Source of the DNA: Treponemataceae bacterium
GTDB lineage: Bacteria; Spirochaetota; Spirochaetia; Treponematales; Rectinemataceae
Direction of reading: 5' to 3'
Assembly (NCBI GenBank): GCA_963667725.2
Contig: CAXXHO010000003.1
Coordinates: 1,248,001 to 1,312,000 of the forward strand
DNA length: 64,000 nucleotides
A model generated the notes under the pieces. The model had not been told where the DNA came from and did not search any database. It was given only the letters and a program-made list of their open reading frames with translations. Below are positions 61,048 through 64,000 of the stretch, in pieces. The translations under genes and the position numbers were made by a program. Position 1 is the first letter of the stretch. The number at the start of each line of letters is the position of its first letter.

Positions 61048-64000
61048 TCAATGTGGAGGAAGGGGCTTCAGTATAAAAGCCTTACTCGACCTGCCGTCCA
61101 TAGCTACTTCAATGGGGACCTCGAGGCTCGTCCACCGACAGTGAGCGGAAGACTGCGCGGTCGGCATCGATTTTAGCCAATTCCAGTCTATAAAATCCCC
61201 TTCATCGCGCGAAATCTTAATATAGCCAATGCTCATGCTCGTAAGGTTGTGGAAAAAATGCGAGCCCAAGGAAGAATCGATGACGAAATCGGGAAGATCG
61301 GCTTCGACGATGATCTTTGCCCTGGAAATTTGCGAGAATGATACGGGAATTCCCAGCCAACGATCTCTCGAGCCCCATCGCCCTGGCCCTACCAGAATGT
61401 ATCGCCTGCCAAGCTTTTTGAGCTGCGTATCCATTTCTTCTATTTCAGCGGCCATTTCCAGCGTCTTTGAACGGTCGAAGGATTCCGGGTCTACCCATAC
61501 GATGTCGCTGATCCCGAGTTCCCTGCCGTTGCCCATGGTTTTATTGGAATAGATAAAGCATTCTTTCCTATCCACTTCAGCCAGGTTAATGTCCACCTTT
61601 TCCTGTCTGTGGATGAGCGGTTTCAGCTGAAGAATATAGAGGGCGGGAGTACCGGTCTCCTCTTCCAGATTAAGCGCGTATTCTATCTCCACCGGAGTTC
61701 CCATGGAGCGCGTGCCAACATCCAGGATCATTGAGATGGCGTTGGCAAAGGGCAGCGCGTCATGTTTGAGAATATTCGCGAGATCGATGACTTTTGGTCC
61801 TCTGCCTGAGTCGCCCGGGACGAAACGCAGGTCTTCGGCATCCCACGTCGAAACGACGAGCGGAAATCTCCTGCCGCCGGCGGCCTGTGAAATAGGCAGT
61901 TCCGAGAGGCTCGCCATCTCGCCCGAATAGAGGTTAGGCGTCGAACGGCTCATGTCGAGAGCATGGAAATTCCTCTGCGTGTTCTCCAGTGCCTGATCCG
62001 GAGACAGTACGTCCAGTTTTGGATATTTCGGGCAGAAACGATGCGCGGCACCGCCCCCCACCACCCAAGTGCCGAGGCCAAGCGCGGAAACGCATAGACC
62101 GTCCTCGGGTTTCGTATATGAAATAGGATAATAGTTATATGACTGCGCGACTCCCGAGATTTCCGGATAGTAATAGTTGCCGTGCATCGAACCGACAAGC
62201 TCCTGAATGACGACGGCCATCCGTTCCTCTTCAAGATTGTATCGCGCAACTTCAAAATACGATCTTGCTTCCATCGAAAAAAGGCTCGCATAGATGAGCC
62301 TAATGGCATCGCAGAGCTGCGTAAGGCGTACTTCGATATCCGTGTGGTTGTTGGGAATTATATAGGTGTCGTAAATTCCGGAAAACGGGACCATGAGCAT
62401 ATCTTCAAAAAGCCCCGATGATCTTACCGCCAAGGGCTTGTCGGTCGCGCCCAGGAAAACCCTGAGCTTCGACACCAGGGCTCGCGACAGCGGGATCGAG
62501 AGAAACGTGCTTTTTAGCTCGCTGGAATAGGGGCCGTAAAAAGCCGAAGACCAAAGGTTGTGCGATTCCAGAAAGGTCTCGAATTCGTCGATCCCGATAA
62601 AAGCGGTGCGCGGAATTTTAATGTCCAAGCCGTCTATATAGTGGGAAAAATCGAGATTTTCCAGCAAGGAGTGAATAAAAACGATACCGCGACCCTTCCC
62701 TCCCACTGATCCATCGACAAGACGGCTGACATAATTTTCTTCAATCATCATGCTTTCGTCGAAATTCGCGATGATCCCTCTCGATTTTTCCTTCTTAACC
62801 GTATCGAGGATTTCCACAATGAAATCGCGCATCGCCGTAATATTGGGGAAGTCATCCAGCCGGTAAGGCCTGAGGACCTTGGACATCTGTATCTCGCCTC
62901 GCGCCATCAGCCAGGCGGAAAAATGGTTTCTCTCGGCGTGGTAAGCCAGACTTTCCGGCGGAAGGACATGGAGAATCTCAATGAACTCCTTCATGTTCCT
63001 GGCCTGCCTTAACTCGGTTCCGTCGGGCATGCAGAAACGGAAGACGCCAAAACCGAGATTCTGCTGGAGGAAGGTGGCGAGTTCCATCTCGAGGGATTCG
63101 GAATTCTTGTCGGTAAAGGCAGCCCCCATGGAATAGGCCTTTTCCCTTATTCTTTGCTCGCTGGACTGAACGAGAACGGGCAGATCGGAAATCCGCTTCT
63201 TGGCCATTTTGAGGAAAGCGAAACCGGCTTCTTCGTCGCATTTACCGTTTCTCGGGAAACGAACGTCGGTGATGACCGTGAGAAGATTGGCTTCATAGGT
63301 ATTGAATATTTCCAGCGCTTCCTCGTAGCTCGACGCAAGAAGAATCTTTGGCCTAGCCCGTATGGAGAGAAGCTTATAGGTCTCTGTTACCTTCTCCTCT
63401 TCGATCAGATTCTGGGTCTGACGTAGCACCACCTTGTATAAAACCGGAAGGAAACGCGAGTAGTAGCGCACCGAATCTTCTATGAGAAGGATTACCCTGA
63501 CTCTCGCGGACATCGTATCCGCCTGGACATTCCTCACGTCTTCGACAAACTTGATCATTCCGACAAAAAGCTTGGAGTAGCCGTTCCAGACAAAAATCCT
63601 GTCTATGGCGGTAAGGCCTGGAGCTGTCATGTCGAGGCTTTCGAGACTTGAGTTATTGGTGGCCATGAGAAGGATGGGTATATCCGGCCAGATATGCTTC
63701 ATGTCCTGGGCCAGTTTGAGAGGAGCGTCGAAATCGATGCCTCCCATGAGGATAACGAGGTCGAAGCTCCCTCCGCGGAACTGATCGAGAGCCGATTCAT
63801 CGGTATAGGCGCAGGTTACCCGCGGAATGGTGTTGAGGTTGAGCTTGAAGTATTCGCCATAAATCTGCTCGGTCAAAACACCATCCGATTCCACGACAAA
63901 GGAATCGTAAAGACTGCCTACAAGAAGTACTTCGCGTACCCTGAATCTCATCAGGTCATGGTAGATATTGCGTTCCCGTCGCTGCTGGTCATAGGCGGCC
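61048..64000 (-). CDS. Receiver-domain-containing PEP synthase/PPDK N-terminal (ATP-grasp) domain protein, probably 5'-truncated
   Basis: Frame stays open to the window edge. Receiver-like LLIED..ITDVRFP, then GGKGRG, PLAVRSS, ED, MAVVIQE, EIEYA, ILQLKP, and C-terminal GPGRWGS and GSHFF. Confidence 0.8.
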   Translation of the reverse strand, partial: AAYDQQRRERNIYHDLMRFRVREVLLVGSLYDSFVVESDGVLTEQIYGEYFKLNLNTIPRVTCAYTDESALDQFRGGSFDLVILMGGIDFDAPLKLAQDMKHIWPDIPILLMATNNSSLESLDMTAPGLTAIDRIFVWNGYSKLFVGMIKFVEDVRNVQADTMSARVRVILLIEDSVRYYSRFLPVLYKVVLRQTQNLIEEEKVTETYKLLSIRARPKILLASSYEEALEIFNTYEANLLTVITDVRFPRNGKCDEEAGFAFLKMAKKRISDLPVLVQSSEQRIREKAYSMGAAFTDKNSESLEMELATFLQQNLGFGVFRFCMPDGTELRQARNMKEFIEILHVLPPESLAYHAERNHFSAWLMARGEIQMSKVLRPYRLDDFPNITAMRDFIVEILDTVKKEKSRGIIANFDESMMIEENYVSRLVDGSVGGKGRGIVFIHSLLENLDFSHYIDGLDIKIPRTAFIGIDEFETFLESHNLWSSAFYGPYSSELKSTFLSIPLSRALVSKLRVFLGATDKPLAVRSSGLFEDMLMVPFSGIYDTYIIPNNHTDIEVRLTQLCDAIRLIYASLFSMEARSYFEVARYNLEEERMAVVIQELVGSMHGNYYYPEISGVAQSYNYYPISYTKPEDGLCVSALGLGTWVVGGGAAHRFCPKYPKLDVLSPDQALENTQRNFHALDMSRSTPNLYSGEMASLSELPISQAAGGRRFPLVVSTWDAEDLRFVPGDSGRGPKVIDLANILKHDALPFANAISMILDVGTRSMGTPVEIEYALNLEEETGTPALYILQLKPLIHRQEKVDINLAEVDRKECFIYSNKTMGNGRELGISDIVWVDPESFDRSKTLEMAAEIEEMDTQLKKLGRRYILVGPGRWGSRDRWLGIPVSFSQISRAKIIVEADLPDFVIDSSLGSHFFHNLTSMSIGYIKISRDEGDFIDWNWLKSMPTAQSSAHCRWTSLEVPIEVAMDGRSSKAFILKPLPPH

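Overview
A GC-rich bacterial chromosomal segment, most likely from an anaerobic, free-living spirochaete (order Spirochaetales). The inference rests on the 16S sequence, an rrn operon with only tRNA-Ile in the spacer, archaeal-type PheRS and a divergent EF-G2. Most of the window is housekeeping: class II ribonucleotide reductase, rnhA, nrdR, pgm, glk, lon, gpmI, apt, recN, NAD kinase, pheST, one full 16S-tRNA(Ile)-23S-5S operon and three further tRNAs. I saw no CRISPR array, transposase, integrase or prophage gene. Four loci deserve follow-up. (1) A tatA-tatC-tatB cluster converges on a Tat-signal flavin reductase and a tetraheme cytochrome c whose linker has two flavinylation-like motifs. (2) A trkA-trkA-trkH potassium operon contains an unannotated 46-aa membrane peptide and an exported OB-fold protein, followed by a KdpD/KdpE-like pair without kdpABC. 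(3) Arginine deiminase is divergent from an arginine synthetase (ArcE)-like gene across an ARG-box-containing spacer. (4) An uncharacterised receiver-domain/PEP-synthase-like protein lies at the right edge. All assignments come from motif recognition by eye; no database searches were run.
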